NCBI GenBank assembly: GCA_013298595.1
Contig: JAAFIG010000006.1
Span: forward strand, 5-64,004
DNA: 64,000 nucleotides
Direction: 5' to 3'
From: Deinococcales bacterium
GTDB taxonomy: Bacteria > Deinococcota > Deinococci > Deinococcales > JAAFIG01
Positions 1-10,788 of the stretch are shown one piece after another (the stretch's first letter is position 1; the number at the start of each line of letters is the position of its first letter). The translations under genes were made by a program, and so were the position numbers. The notes under the pieces are model-generated. The model made no database searches. It saw nothing but the letters and a program-made list of their open reading frames with translations, and was not told where the DNA came from.

Positions 1-122
1 GACAACATCTTTGCTTACCTCAATTGAATTCGTATTGGTCGGTACGAGCTTGTGTTTGCCGCAAGATTGCAGGGCATAATCTGCGGATTTGGTTGGGGCT
101 ATAAACCACTAGCACCCGACGT

Positions 123-506
123 TTTATACAATTACATAAACAAGCACAACGATACCGTTTTGATCTTGGATCTGTGACAGCATTTACTTGTACCATTGCT
201 CGAAACTTTGCGATCTCACGCTTGCGAGCACGCCGCTCACGCCCAGATTACAACCAAGACTACGACGTTCACGACCCTGTCACTGCCCCACCTGCCAGCC
301 TAGAAGACGACCCGCTCGAGCGTGTATTGGTCAAACGTGCCCTCGCACATCTTAATAACGAAGAACGCCAACTGATGGAAGCCTCATTCTATTCTGGCTA
401 CAGCCATCAAGAACTCTGTGAACGTTATAACATGCCACTAGGATCATTGAAATCAAAACTCCGCCGCGCCCTCTTGAAACTTCGTGCTGTGATTGGAACC
501 GCATGA
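123..506 (+). pseudogene. ECF sigma factor (SigK-like), 5'-truncated
   Basis: Region 2 remnant FIQLHKQAQRYRFDLGSVTAFTCTIARNFAISRLR and region 4 (GYSHQEL...PLGSLKSKLRRAL) are present. An in-frame TAA at 102-104 leaves no room for the N-terminal part of region 2. Confidence 0.6.
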
Positions 507-1219
507 ACCAACCAGATGATCAACTGCTTGATTATGTGCTCGACTTGCTCGAGCCAAATGAACGTATGGCGCTCGAGACTGTATTAGCCACCGACCCAGT
601 TCGTTGTGCAGAAGTACATGCTTTGCGTCAAGCCATGCAACTGCTGGTTGATGACTTACCCAGTGTTGAACCACCAGCCTTGGTATACGCGCAACTCGAG
701 CACAAATTCAAAACCGTCAAACAGACCACCCTGCCTGCTTTAACATCAGCTTTACCAAGACAAACCCGCAAAGCCCCAAGTCTACAACGTCGCCAATCTC
801 CAGTGCCTCGTTTTATACCTTGGCTGATTTCGGGCTTAGTTGTGATAAGCGCTTTGTTTTTAGGAATTAACACCTATATCGGACGTGAAACCATGCTTTT
901 AACAGCTTATTTGAATGACCCAACAGTACGAAAAATTGATCTGAAAAACGAAGAAGGTCAGCTCACAGGTTTATTATTGTTACGCCAAAATGGTCAAATG
1001 CTGGTTGACATGAACACAGCACCACCCGAAGGTCAAGTTTTCCAAGCCTGGGGCGTAACTGGTCCAGCGAACAAACGCGTTGCCACATCAATTGGATTAA
1101 GTACTACCAAACAATTTGAAGTTGATATCCGTAAGTACCCGATTATTTGGATCAGTATTGAACCAACTGGAGGCAGTGCTAAACCCACCAAAAAAGTGGG
1201 TCGTAGCAAACTAAGTTAA
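503..1219 (+). CDS. Anti-sigma factor, RskA family
   Basis: N-terminal LLDYVLDLL anti-sigma domain, one TM helix, C-terminal PPEGQVFQAW...ISIEPTGGS motif; ATGA overlap with the ECF sigma gene. Confidence 0.85.
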   Translation: MNQPDDQLLDYVLDLLEPNERMALETVLATDPVRCAEVHALRQAMQLLVDDLPSVEPPALVYAQLEHKFKTVKQTTLPALTSALPRQTRKAPSLQRRQSPVPRFIPWLISGLVVISALFLGINTYIGRETMLLTAYLNDPTVRKIDLKNEEGQLTGLLLLRQNGQMLVDMNTAPPEGQVFQAWGVTGPANKRVATSIGLSTTKQFEVDIRKYPIIWISIEPTGGSAKPTKKVGRSKLS

Positions 1220-1272
1220 ACTATCTTAAACCAAATAAATGCCACAAAGGTAGAGTAGAAATTGGCTTTTTG

Positions 1273-2121
1273 TTACTGTTTTTCGTAATTGTAGAAACCA
1301 CGACCACTTTTCTTACCCAATAAGCCTGCTTGTACCATTTTTCGCAACAACGGTGAAGGACGGTATTTGTCATCACCTAAACCATGATGCAGTACTTCCA
1401 TAATGGCAAGGCACGTATCTAAACCAATAAAATCTGCCAGCGTTAACGGACCCATTGGATGATTCATGCCAAGTTTCATAATCTGGTCTATGGCTTCGGG
1501 TGTGGCAACACCCTCCATGACACATTGAATTGCTTCATTGAGCATTGGCATCAGGATGCGGTTAGAAACAAACCCAGGAAAATCATTGCATTGAATCGCG
1601 GTTTTACCCATTTTTGCAGCTGTCTCGAGTATCAGGTTGGTTGTGGCATCCGAAGTTAAATGCCCGCGAATGACTTCGACCAGTGTCATCAGTGGTACTG
1701 GGTTCATAAAGTGCATTCCAATAAATTGCGCTGGTCTGCCCGAAGCTGTAGCAAGGGCTGTAATTGGAATACTCGAGGTGTTACTGGCAAGTATCCCTGT
1801 GGTTTTAACAATTCGTCCTAGTTCGGTAAATAAAGCTGTTTTAATGCTTTGATCCTCGAGAATAGCTTCAACTACCAAATCACAATCAGCAAATGCCTCG
1901 AGTGAAGTCGTGGTTTGTATTCGGGCTAAGGCAACTGTTTTAGCATCAGCTCCGAGTTTGTCTTTTTCAACAAATTTCTCGAGTGATTTTTCTATACCCG
2001 CCATGCCACGATCAATAAATCGTTGTTCAACATCGCGTAGCACCACATCAAAGCCTGCTACAGCTGCGACTTGGGCTATACCTGCACCCATTTGACCTGC
2101 ACCAATCACACCAAATTTCAT
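1273..2121 (-). CDS. hbd: 3-hydroxybutyryl-CoA dehydrogenase
   Basis: [11 protein letters not shown] Rossmann motif, [32 protein letters not shown]. Confidence 0.95.
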   Translation of the reverse strand: MKFGVIGAGQMGAGIAQVAAVAGFDVVLRDVEQRFIDRGMAGIEKSLEKFVEKDKLGADAKTVALARIQTTTSLEAFADCDLVVEAILEDQSIKTALFTELGRIVKTTGILASNTSSIPITALATASGRPAQFIGMHFMNPVPLMTLVEVIRGHLTSDATTNLILETAAKMGKTAIQCNDFPGFVSNRILMPMLNEAIQCVMEGVATPEAIDQIMKLGMNHPMGPLTLADFIGLDTCLAIMEVLHHGLGDDKYRPSPLLRKMVQAGLLGKKSGRGFYNYEKQ

Positions 2122-2176
2122 GGCATTAGTCTAGCAAAGAGTGACAATCAAAAGCTGTTGTTCACTGCTCGAGTCA

Positions 2177-2611
2177 TTAGGCTTCTGCTGGGGGTTTTTG
2201 CTCGAGTAAGCGTTCCAGCATTTCAATTAACTGACTAGGGCGGTATGGTTTGGTTAAGAAATTCAGGTTGCGCCGATTTTTACGCCGATCTTGTAAGCCA
2301 TGTGGGGTGGTAATTAAAATCGAGTGCACATTTTTGGTGCGTGGATGATGATATAAACGCGAAGCAATTTCAAAGCCATCCATATCGGTCAGCATGACAT
2401 CAATAATAATGGCAAAAGGTGGTTGCTCGAGACTCCAAGCTAGGCTAATACCGCCAACGCCACTGCTGGCATATTCGACTCGGTAGCCTCGCTGCATAAT
2501 TAACGCGCCCAAACTTTCTCGGACACTTGGGTCGTCATCTATCAGTAACACCACGGGGGCTTCTGGTGGTGTCCCTAGGTGCAAAATGGGATTTTGAATG
2601 GTCTGCATCAT
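2177..2611 (-). CDS. Stand-alone response regulator receiver protein
   Basis: LLIDDD, IIIDVML (phospho-Asp), MDGFE and LTKP motifs. Confidence 0.85.
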   Translation of the reverse strand: MMQTIQNPILHLGTPPEAPVVLLIDDDPSVRESLGALIMQRGYRVEYASSGVGGISLAWSLEQPPFAIIIDVMLTDMDGFEIASRLYHHPRTKNVHSILITTPHGLQDRRKNRRNLNFLTKPYRPSQLIEMLERLLEQKPPAEA

Positions 2612-2642
2612 GTTCTCTCGAGCTTACACGAGAATAATGAAA

Positions 2643-2669
2643 GTGTCCGTGCATTTTTCACACGGACAC
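2643..2669. terminator. Intergenic hairpin, possible terminator
   Basis: GTGTCCGTG...CACGGACAC inverted repeat downstream of the M23 gene. Confidence 0.4.
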
Positions 2670-2761
2670 CACAAATGGTTTTTGCATCACAAACTGTATT
2701 TACTTGTCTTTACCTTGGGTAGGACTTTCAATCCAACAGTTTTCTTACATCAAGAAAGTTG

Positions 2762-4075
2762 TCAGGGTAAGTAGCGCAATGGATTAACGGGTGAACCATT
2801 GACTCGAATCTCAAAATGCAAATGTGGACCTGTACAAATGCCACTGCAACCCTCCCAACCAATCAGTTGCCCACGTTCAACATATTGCCCACCATACACT
2901 GCCACACGGCTCATATGTCCGTAAATGTTTTGTACACCTGCACCTGTATTGACCCAAACATTCAAACCAAAATACCCGTAACCAGATTCTTGCACCACAC
3001 CACCTTTTGCTGCATAAATGGGAGTGCCATACGGAGCCGCAATATCTAAACCAGTGTGAAAATTGCTGCTACCAATCCAGAAACCGCGCCGTCCAAAACC
3101 ACTGGTAATACTGCCACCCATGGGCCAGATATAACCCCCTCGAAAGGTTGGAAACGAATAAGCAGAAGCGGCTCGGCGCACTCGAGACACACTGCTCCGT
3201 TGGGCTGTACGTAATCGCTCGCGGGCTTTGGCACTGGCTCGAGCTGTTGCTCTGGCAGCAGCTCTGGCTTTGATTTGTTGGGCAAGTTCAATTCGGGCAG
3301 CGGCAATGCGTTCTTTGGCAAGTTCAAAACGTGCTTGGGTGCGGATGGCTATTTCGGCATCTCGGCGTTGTTCGAGTCGCTCGAGGGTAGCATCGGCATT
3401 GACATTTGGGAGTACAAGGTAATCACCTGGTTGTAATGATCGTAAGTCTCGTAAATTGTTCGCACGTATTAAATCGTCTATTTCGACATCATGATTGGCT
3501 GCAATATCCATGACATCTTGTCCTTCTTTAAAGACAATGTAGGCTCCGGCTGTGTCACCTGGAATCATCAGTTTTTCACCAAGGCGAATTTGATCTAAAC
3601 TGCGAAGTGCAGGGTTAGCGTTGACCAAATCGATTTGTGTAAAATCGTAACGATTTTGAATAGAAGATAAGGATTCTCCACGTTCGACTGTGTGCCAGAA
3701 TGCCCCTGGTGGCAACCGCGCAGCCCGTACAGGCTCGAGGTCAGCTTGGTTGAGTGGTACTTTTAAGGTTTCACCTGGTCGAATGGTGTTGCGGGTGATT
3801 CCTGTAGCAATTTTGATCTCTCGAGCTGTGATGCCAAAGCGATTGGCAATACTGCCGATACTATCGCCTGAGCGGACTCGTAAAAAAACCACAATGCTTT
3901 TGGCAGTAGGTTGGCTTGGTTGTAAACGCACCGTAGTTGGTGGTGCATCTAAGCGGATAAGCTCGAGTGATGAGGCATTGAGTGCATTAGCGGTGGTTGC
4001 CGCCAGTGCCATACCGATCAGTCCAGCAAAAAAGTTAAGGAGTTTCACAACACCTTGGAGTGTACACCTGACCAA
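2762..4075 (-). CDS. LysM (x3) plus M23 metallopeptidase
   Basis: Three LysM-like repeats, a coiled-coil linker, HTGLD and GPHLHFE M23 motifs. Start codon uncertain. Confidence 0.92.
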   Translation of the reverse strand: MVRCTLQGVVKLLNFFAGLIGMALAATTANALNASSLELIRLDAPPTTVRLQPSQPTAKSIVVFLRVRSGDSIGSIANRFGITAREIKIATGITRNTIRPGETLKVPLNQADLEPVRAARLPPGAFWHTVERGESLSSIQNRYDFTQIDLVNANPALRSLDQIRLGEKLMIPGDTAGAYIVFKEGQDVMDIAANHDVEIDDLIRANNLRDLRSLQPGDYLVLPNVNADATLERLEQRRDAEIAIRTQARFELAKERIAAARIELAQQIKARAAARATARASAKARERLRTAQRSSVSRVRRAASAYSFPTFRGGYIWPMGGSITSGFGRRGFWIGSSNFHTGLDIAAPYGTPIYAAKGGVVQESGYGYFGLNVWVNTGAGVQNIYGHMSRVAVYGGQYVERGQLIGWEGCSGICTGPHLHFEIRVNGSPVNPLRYLP

Positions 4076-4175
4076 AGGGTTAGGGAAAGAGGTTTGTGAA
4101 ACTTAGTGCAAAGCCTGAGAAAAAGCAGAAATGCAACACCAGATTGCATTTCTGCTACTACAGATAGCCAAGAAC

Positions 4176-4805
4176 TTAACTACCAATATACTTTTCCCAG
4201 ACAGGGTCAACTTTAGGGGCTTGTCCATACGCTGTACTGAAAACGAACTTAGGCGCAAATGGTTCACGAATCAACTTCATCTTAGCTTCGTAAGGAGTAC
4301 GATCACGCTTCTTACTATTGCACTCACGGCAAGCCGTAACGATATTCTCCCAAGAATTACGACCACCTCTCGAGCGCGGTGTCACGTGGTCAAGTGTTAA
4401 ATCGCCACCAACTTTGCCGCAGAACTGACAAACATGGTTATCCCGACGGAACACATTGCGACGATTAAACGCAATATGAAAACGTGGTGGGCGCTTGACG
4501 TACTTCACAAGACGAATCACACTTGGCACAGGAATTTGCGTACTCGGCGAATGCAAAAACGCATCTGTTTTATCCTCAATCCGAATTGCAATATCAGACA
4601 TCAACAACGTAATAGCCCGCTTAATACTGCAAACATGCAATGGCTCGTAAGAAGCATTTAAGACAAGCACCGTCGGCGCATTGAGATTCATCCCTCGAGT
4701 ACGTGACGGTGCATCTGAATCTTCAGAGACATCGGGCTGTACTGAATCTGGTTCTTGCTCCTCGAATAACTCCTCGAAGGTGTGCTGACGCTTTAACTTC
4801 GGCAT
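4176..4805 (-). CDS. HNH endonuclease (McrA-like)
   Basis: VLVLNASYEPL, CQFCG, LTLDHVTPRSRGG..SWENIVTACRECNSKK. Confidence 0.9.
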   Translation of the reverse strand: MPKLKRQHTFEELFEEQEPDSVQPDVSEDSDAPSRTRGMNLNAPTVLVLNASYEPLHVCSIKRAITLLMSDIAIRIEDKTDAFLHSPSTQIPVPSVIRLVKYVKRPPRFHIAFNRRNVFRRDNHVCQFCGKVGGDLTLDHVTPRSRGGRNSWENIVTACRECNSKKRDRTPYEAKMKLIREPFAPKFVFSTAYGQAPKVDPVWEKYIGS

Positions 4806-5115
4806 GATCCTACTCCACTCTGACAATAGATTCTCGAGCGGAGACGACCAAAAAGCTCGAGTGACCTTATTCTACTCGAGACTCGGGTCTAAATTCATGC
4901 GCTGATTGGCGGAGGGTAAGGCTGAGTCGTTTGGCTAAGTGGTACATCGTTTTTTATTTTTTCGTGACTGACAAATGTTTATTTACATATTGCCTAAAAA
5001 ACCGAACCTTATGTCAGAATGGTCTTCTGGTTGTGGAACGAATAAGCGTTTTAACTCGTATTACCAAACCAGTGGCTGTGCAGAAACTCATAGCCTAAAT
5101 ATTTTGGAGGTTCAT

Positions 5116-5691
5116 ATGGCAGTGGTATTAACAAAAGGTGGAAATGTCAATTTAAGCAAAGAAGCCCCTGGTTTAACCAAGATCAGACTAGGACTCGGCT
5201 GGGATGTTCGTAAAACCGATGGTGCTGGCTTTGATTTAGATGCACTGGCTTTTATGGTCAACGCCAGTGGCAAAGTTCGTACTGATGCCGATTTTATTTT
5301 CTTTAACAACAAATCCTCGGCAGATGGCACTGTGCAACACACAGGCGATAACCGCTCTGGGGAAGGTGAAGGCGACGACGAAGGCATTGTTATAGACTTA
5401 GCCAACTTACCTGTTGATGTCGAAAAAGTTATTGCTGCTGTGGTAATTTTTGATGGCGAAACCAAAGGGCAAACTTTTGGTCAAGTCGAAAAAGCGTATA
5501 TTCGTGTACTCAACGAAAACGGTGGCACAGAAATCTCGAGATTCGATTTATCCGAAGATGGTTCAACTGTCACAGCCATGATTTTCGGCGAAATTTACCG
5601 CAACAATGGCGAATGGAAATTCAAAGCCATTGGACAAGGTTTCAATGAAGGTTTCAAAGCTTTGGTTGCCTCGTATGGAGTCAATGTTTAA
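5116..5691 (+). CDS. terD: TerD-family stress protein
   Basis: GLGWD, FDLD, HTGDNRSGEGEGDDE, GEWKFKAIGQG; GGAGG RBS before ATG 5116. Confidence 0.93.
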   Translation: MAVVLTKGGNVNLSKEAPGLTKIRLGLGWDVRKTDGAGFDLDALAFMVNASGKVRTDADFIFFNNKSSADGTVQHTGDNRSGEGEGDDEGIVIDLANLPVDVEKVIAAVVIFDGETKGQTFGQVEKAYIRVLNENGGTEISRFDLSEDGSTVTAMIFGEIYRNNGEWKFKAIGQGFNEGFKALVASYGVNV

Positions 5692-5724
5692 AGGCTAAAA
5701 AATTTCAGGCTAAACACTATTTTG

Positions 5725-5742
5725 GGCGCGGCATGCCGCGCC
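5725..5742. repeat. Perfect 18 bp GC-rich palindrome, REP-like
   Basis: GGCGCGGCATGCCGCGCC between two ter genes. Confidence 0.55.
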
Positions 5743-5767
5743 TGAATACTCGAGTCAGGGGGTACTT

Positions 5768-6349
5768 ATGGCAATTTCTTTAAGTAAAGGGCAAGCAATT
5801 AGTTTAGAAAAAAGCACAGGACGTTCCTTAACCAGAGTGCGAATGGGATTGGGTTGGGATGTTGCCAAGCCAAAGGGTTTATTCGCAGCCTTTTCGGGCG
5901 GGAATAACAGCATTGACTTAGATGCTTCTTGTTTGATGTACACCGCTACTGGCGAATCTGTGGACACCATTTTTTTTGGGCAACTGCGCTCTAAAGATGG
6001 TTCGGTACAACACATGGGCGATAATTTAACGGGCGCTGGCGATGGTGACGACGAAGTTATCAGTGTGGATTTAACCAAAGTGCCAGCCCAAGTAGCCCAT
6101 TTGGTATTTACTGTTTCTTCGTATCGAGGACAAACATTTGACAAGGTTGCCAATGCTTTTTGTCGGCTTGTAGACGATACCAAAAAAGAAATTGCTCGTT
6201 TTGATTTATCGGCTCAAGGCAGCCATACAGGGCAAATCATGGTCAAACTAAGTCGCCAAGGTACAGATTGGCAATTACATGCCATTGGACACAACACCCG
6301 TTCCACCACTGCTGTAGATTTGGTCAATGCAGCTCGTGGTTTGCTCTAA
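5768..6349 (+). CDS. terZ: TerZ/TerD-family protein
   Basis: SLSKGQAISLEK, MGLGWD, IDLDASC, GDNLTGAGDGDDE. Confidence 0.85.
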   Translation: MAISLSKGQAISLEKSTGRSLTRVRMGLGWDVAKPKGLFAAFSGGNNSIDLDASCLMYTATGESVDTIFFGQLRSKDGSVQHMGDNLTGAGDGDDEVISVDLTKVPAQVAHLVFTVSSYRGQTFDKVANAFCRLVDDTKKEIARFDLSAQGSHTGQIMVKLSRQGTDWQLHAIGHNTRSTTAVDLVNAARGLL

Positions 6350-6358
6350 AGGAATTGC

Positions 6359-7390
6359 GTGTCAGAAATTAAATCCAAGCCATCTGTGTGGTTTAACAAA
6401 AATTTTTCCCCAACCATTCATTCCTTAAAAGCCCTTGTTCCTCATGCCACGGTATACGCTTCGCATACCTCGACAGATAGCCCCATGTTGTACGGAGATT
6501 GGCAGCATTTCCTCGAGCCTGCTGGTCTGGTTGGTGAAGCTTACCTCGAGTACGTCTTGGATATTTGTGCCAGTAAAAAGATTGATTTATTTGTGCCAAG
6601 TAAAGAAGCCACACTTTTTGAAAAACATCAGCAACGTTTTACTAATACAAAAGTTTTACAAGTTGCAGACAAGGCAACATTAACCCATCTCGAAGATAAA
6701 TCCGCGTTTTCTCGAGATTTCCCAACCCACATTGCTCGTGTCGCTAAGACCCTCACCGTGCATTCTTGGGCTGAACTCGAGGTTGCTGCCAAGCAATTAC
6801 AAGCAGATGGGCATTTGGTTTGTATTAAACCAGCCATTGGTATTTATGGGTACGGGTTTCGTTTATTAACCAAGCAAGAAGATATAACAGACTTTCTAAA
6901 AGGTGATACACACCGCATGTCTTATGTCCAAGCCGAACATGTGTTCGCAAATGCCAAAAAATTCCCACCAATGCTGGTCATGGAGTTCTTAGCTGGCGCA
7001 GAATATAGCATTGATTGTTTAGCCCATAAAGGGCAATTGGTTGGCGCTGTGATTCGCAAAAAAGTGGGGGGTTTAGGCAATGTCCAAGTGGTTTGTGGTT
7101 CGCTTGCCATGCCCGAATTACATCGGATTGCTACTGAATTAACCAAACATTACGCACTCAATGGCATTTTTAATATTCAATGCAAAGAAGATAAAACCGG
7201 TTTGCCTTGTGTCCTCGAGATTAATGCTCGTCCTTCAGGTGGTTTACGTTTTTCGATGATGACAGGTTTTTCCTTCGCCGAACAAATGCTTAAACTCGAG
7301 CTTGGTCTTGTACAACCCGATCAAGTTGTACCACCAGCCACCACTGAATTACGTGTTACCGAAATGAAAGAAGCGCTTTTACTACGTTAA
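6359..7390 (+). CDS. Ter-associated ATP-grasp protein
   Basis: VWFNK N-terminus, CIKPAIG..GFR, EYSIDCL, NIQ, LEINARPSGG. Confidence 0.88.
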   Translation: MSEIKSKPSVWFNKNFSPTIHSLKALVPHATVYASHTSTDSPMLYGDWQHFLEPAGLVGEAYLEYVLDICASKKIDLFVPSKEATLFEKHQQRFTNTKVLQVADKATLTHLEDKSAFSRDFPTHIARVAKTLTVHSWAELEVAAKQLQADGHLVCIKPAIGIYGYGFRLLTKQEDITDFLKGDTHRMSYVQAEHVFANAKKFPPMLVMEFLAGAEYSIDCLAHKGQLVGAVIRKKVGGLGNVQVVCGSLAMPELHRIATELTKHYALNGIFNIQCKEDKTGLPCVLEINARPSGGLRFSMMTGFSFAEQMLKLELGLVQPDQVVPPATTELRVTEMKEALLLR

Positions 7391-7398
7391 AGGATACT

Positions 7399-8517
7399 AT
7401 GAACTTGCTGCATTTACCTTCTGGGGTACTAACAATTCATACCAATCAGAACTTATTATTAAATAAGTTACTGCATGTTGGTTTGCGACAAAATCCTAAA
7501 CGCGGATTTTTATTGATTAGCAAAATCCTAGGTAAACACTTGCCTGTACGTCCATTGCAAATGCTCGAGTCGTATCGGCAATTGGCTGCACAAATTCCAG
7601 CGTCTGATATGGTCACCACTTTTATTGGTATGGCAGAAACAGCAACTGCACTTGGTCAGGGTATTTTTGAAGCATATGCCAAACACAACCCCAGTGGTTC
7701 GCTGCGGTATATCAGTAGTACCCGTTATCCGCTGGATTTTCCGACATTCACCTTTGAGGAAACCCATTCACATGCACCAAGCCATTACATCCATGTCACA
7801 CTGCAAAACCAAGCCTATTTTGCTAATACCAAGCGCCTTGTTTTAATTGATGATGAAATTTCCACAGGACAAACCTTACTGCGTTTAGCCAAAGCCTTTT
7901 TGGGGTTAGCCCCAAAGCTCGAGGAAATTTACTTGCTTTCTTTGACCGATTTTCTTGGTGAAAAACGCGATGCTTTACTATCAGCATTTCCTGTAAAAAC
8001 ATATTCTTTGGCATTATTACAAGCTGGATTAAACTTTGAGGCAGAAGCCACTTGGGAGGTAAACTTACCACAAAGCCAAGCACCACTACCTCACAATGCA
8101 CCCCATTCTGCTGCTCGAGTTGGTTGTGAACCACAGGGCTTTGCCCCTAGTCATATTCAAACCTTAGCCAGGCAAATTGCAGCCCGAGAAAAACAAGTGC
8201 AAGTACTTGGCACTGGCGAATTTCAATTTGAACCTTTTTTACTGGCATTAGCCCTCGAGAAACTGGGTCTGGATGTGCATTTTCGCGCCACCACACGCTC
8301 ACCAATTCTCGAGTTTGGTGTGATTACCGAGCGACTCGAGTTTGCAGATAATTATGGGCAAGGTTTACCAAATTATTTGTATAACTGTTCTGCTATGGCT
8401 GATATTCCAATCATTGCTTGTGCCGAAACTGCAATGACAAATTATTTACCTGCTGGTATTGGTGCTGTGGCTTATGTTGATTTTACAAAGTTACCTCCTT
8501 TTGGGGGAATAGCATGA
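7399..8517 (+). CDS. Ter-associated phosphoribosyltransferase with C-terminal TRSP domain
   Basis: RQNPKRGFLLISKILGKH, GMAETATALG, FEETHSHA, LIDDEISTG, LGTGEF, TTRSP. Confidence 0.88.
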   Translation: MNLLHLPSGVLTIHTNQNLLLNKLLHVGLRQNPKRGFLLISKILGKHLPVRPLQMLESYRQLAAQIPASDMVTTFIGMAETATALGQGIFEAYAKHNPSGSLRYISSTRYPLDFPTFTFEETHSHAPSHYIHVTLQNQAYFANTKRLVLIDDEISTGQTLLRLAKAFLGLAPKLEEIYLLSLTDFLGEKRDALLSAFPVKTYSLALLQAGLNFEAEATWEVNLPQSQAPLPHNAPHSAARVGCEPQGFAPSHIQTLARQIAAREKQVQVLGTGEFQFEPFLLALALEKLGLDVHFRATTRSPILEFGVITERLEFADNYGQGLPNYLYNCSAMADIPIIACAETAMTNYLPAGIGAVAYVDFTKLPPFGGIA

Positions 8518-9287
8518 AACGCTTTGTCTTTACCGATTTAGATAACACCATTGTGCGCCATCAGTCACGCATTACAACTGCAACAACACAAGTTCAGATT
8601 GTTGGTTTAGATGAAACAGGAAAACCAAGTACCATCATGACTACCGATGATCTCGAGTTTTTTGAATCACTCAAAGCATTTGGCACAATCATTCCAACCA
8701 CAGGTCGGTCTATCGCAGGTTATCAACGTTTACACGGTTTATCATTGACATCTTGGGCAATTCTTAATCATGGTGCAACAATTTTGCAACCTCGAGACTC
8801 GAGCGATGCTACTGCTGTTGACCCTGCATGGCTCGAGCGAACCAAAAGCATTATGACACCGTTGTTACCAAATTTACTCGAGTTATACCAATCTTTACTG
8901 ACGTTAAACGAAGTTATCATTGGCAATCAGGTGTATAGCAATACCGTAAAATTACATCAGGAACACAGTTTACCTTTGTATGTCTCGGTTCGAGCAACAC
9001 GTTCCATGCCCGAACACCACTTGCAACACCAACGCCAGCAAATACTCGAGTTAGTCAGTACTCAAAACGCTTTTGAGGTATTGCAGACAGGTCGGATCAC
9101 TTCGATTATTCCGCAATCACTGAATAAAAAGCTGGCAGTACTCGAGCTGATACAACGTTTACAAAAAGATGATCAGATAGAAACATTGGGTGTTGGTGAT
9201 GCTTTAACAGATTTACCTTTTATGCAAGTTTGTAATTGGCAACGCACACCAGAACATTCGGAAATTCATCGTTTGGGAGGCATATGA
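8514..9287 (+). CDS. HAD-family phosphatase
   Basis: FTDLDNT, PTTGRS, NHGA, GVGDALTDLPFM. Confidence 0.88.
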   Translation: MKRFVFTDLDNTIVRHQSRITTATTQVQIVGLDETGKPSTIMTTDDLEFFESLKAFGTIIPTTGRSIAGYQRLHGLSLTSWAILNHGATILQPRDSSDATAVDPAWLERTKSIMTPLLPNLLELYQSLLTLNEVIIGNQVYSNTVKLHQEHSLPLYVSVRATRSMPEHHLQHQRQQILELVSTQNAFEVLQTGRITSIIPQSLNKKLAVLELIQRLQKDDQIETLGVGDALTDLPFMQVCNWQRTPEHSEIHRLGGI

Positions 9288-10330
9288 AGACTTTTTCAGG
9301 TTCTTTCCAAACCACAGATGTACAATTTTTACTACAAAAACAAGTCATACAAACCATTTCAATAGCCGAAAAAGAGCGTCTCATTCGGTCAGGTCAGCAT
9401 TATGGGACATTACTGGGCAGCGAAAATCCACCAACCCAAATCTATCAAGATCTATTCTGGGCAACACTTGAACGTAACAAAACCCAAGTAGCTCGAGATG
9501 TAATTTGCTTAGCCAAGTATTTACAAACCCAACATAAAACTGTGCTGGTTTCTTTAGCTCGAGGTGGCACACCAATTGGTATTTTACTCAAAAGGACTTT
9601 GGCTCTATTAGGTGTTGATACCACGCATTATTCGGTTTCGATTATCCGCGATCATGGTATAGATAGTGCAGCTCTTCAATACATCCTCGAGCAGCATAAA
9701 GATTCAGAAATTGCTTTTATTGATGGTTGGACAGGCAAAGGTGTGATTGCCCGTGAGTTAAAGCAAAGTGTGGCTGATTTTAATAGAAAATATAATTGCC
9801 AGATCTCGAGTGCTTTACATGTTTTATCCGACCCCAGTGGTTTTGCTGCAACAGCCGCAACTCGACTTGATTATTTACTACCAAATGCCATGTTAAATGC
9901 CACTATTTCAGGTTTGGTTTCACGCAGTTTTTTAACACCGACTGGTTTTCATGGTGTGATGCAACTTGAGGATTTACAACCATACGATGTCTCAAATAAG
10001 TACCTTGAAGTGATGATGACCAGCATTCATTCAGAACTCGAGACCCATTCACACACTGTTGTTCATGCCGATGCTATTTTACAAAAACAGATCACAGGCA
10101 TTCTTAAAAGTATTGCAACTCAATTTGCCGTTTCGCTGAATTTAGTCAAACCCGGTATTGGCGAAGCAACCCGAGTTTTACTGCGCCGAAGCCCAAAAGT
10201 TTTACTGCTGAATGCTACAACCTCAGATACTTTGCACCTCGAGAACCTCGCTGCTAATCGTTGTGAAATTATTCAAACCCCCATTCCGTACAAAGCAATC
10301 GCTGTGATTGCACAAGGAGAACACATATGA
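9284..10330 (+). CDS. Ter-associated StiP-like / PELOTA-type domain protein
   Basis: GSF...DVQFLL, LVSLARGGTPIG, SIIRDHGID, FIDGWTGKG, KPGIGEATRVLLRR. Confidence 0.82.
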   Translation: MKTFSGSFQTTDVQFLLQKQVIQTISIAEKERLIRSGQHYGTLLGSENPPTQIYQDLFWATLERNKTQVARDVICLAKYLQTQHKTVLVSLARGGTPIGILLKRTLALLGVDTTHYSVSIIRDHGIDSAALQYILEQHKDSEIAFIDGWTGKGVIARELKQSVADFNRKYNCQISSALHVLSDPSGFAATAATRLDYLLPNAMLNATISGLVSRSFLTPTGFHGVMQLEDLQPYDVSNKYLEVMMTSIHSELETHSHTVVHADAILQKQITGILKSIATQFAVSLNLVKPGIGEATRVLLRRSPKVLLLNATTSDTLHLENLAANRCEIIQTPIPYKAIAVIAQGEHI

Positions 10331-10785
10331 GTTTCTGGAATCAATTAAAAGAACAAGCCAGCACATTAACTAAAAACCTCGGTACCGAAGTAGCAAAGTT
10401 TAAAAATAACGATTTTGCTTCGGCAGCAATGGCTGTTTGTGCCCTGATCTCGGCAGCCGATGGCAGTATTGACCCAAGCGAGAAACAAAAAACCACTGCC
10501 CTGATTATGAATAATTCGGTGTTAAGCATTTTTACACCATCAGATTTAAAAGTGAAATTCGATCATTTCTGCGATAAACTCAATGCCGATTTTGACTTTG
10601 GTAAAATCGAAGCCATTCAAGCGATTGCTAAGCTCAAAAGTAAACCAGACCAAGCCAGAGCCATTATTCAAATAGGTATTATTATTGGTTCAGCCGATGG
10701 CAACTTTGATGTTGCTGAGAAAAAAGCCTTGAAAGAAGCTTGTTTAGCAATTGGTATCAGTCCGTCTGATTACGACTTAGGATGA
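10327..10785 (+). CDS. terB: TerB-family protein
   Basis: ALISAADGSIDPSE and IGSADGNFD motifs. Confidence 0.9.
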   Translation: MSFWNQLKEQASTLTKNLGTEVAKFKNNDFASAAMAVCALISAADGSIDPSEKQKTTALIMNNSVLSIFTPSDLKVKFDHFCDKLNADFDFGKIEAIQAIAKLKSKPDQARAIIQIGIIIGSADGNFDVAEKKALKEACLAIGISPSDYDLG

Positions 10786-10788
10786 CAT

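Noticed and set aside
4176-4805. HNH nuclease as the CTCGAG-cognate restriction enzyme or a Ter effector
   Set aside because: It belongs to a widespread McrA-like HNH family, has no adjacent methyltransferase, and only adjacency links it to the ter genes.
4907-4916. tRNA 3' end or att site (CCCTCCGCCA on the minus strand)
   Set aside because: No T-loop or cloverleaf upstream and no integrase nearby; a 10 bp match can be chance.
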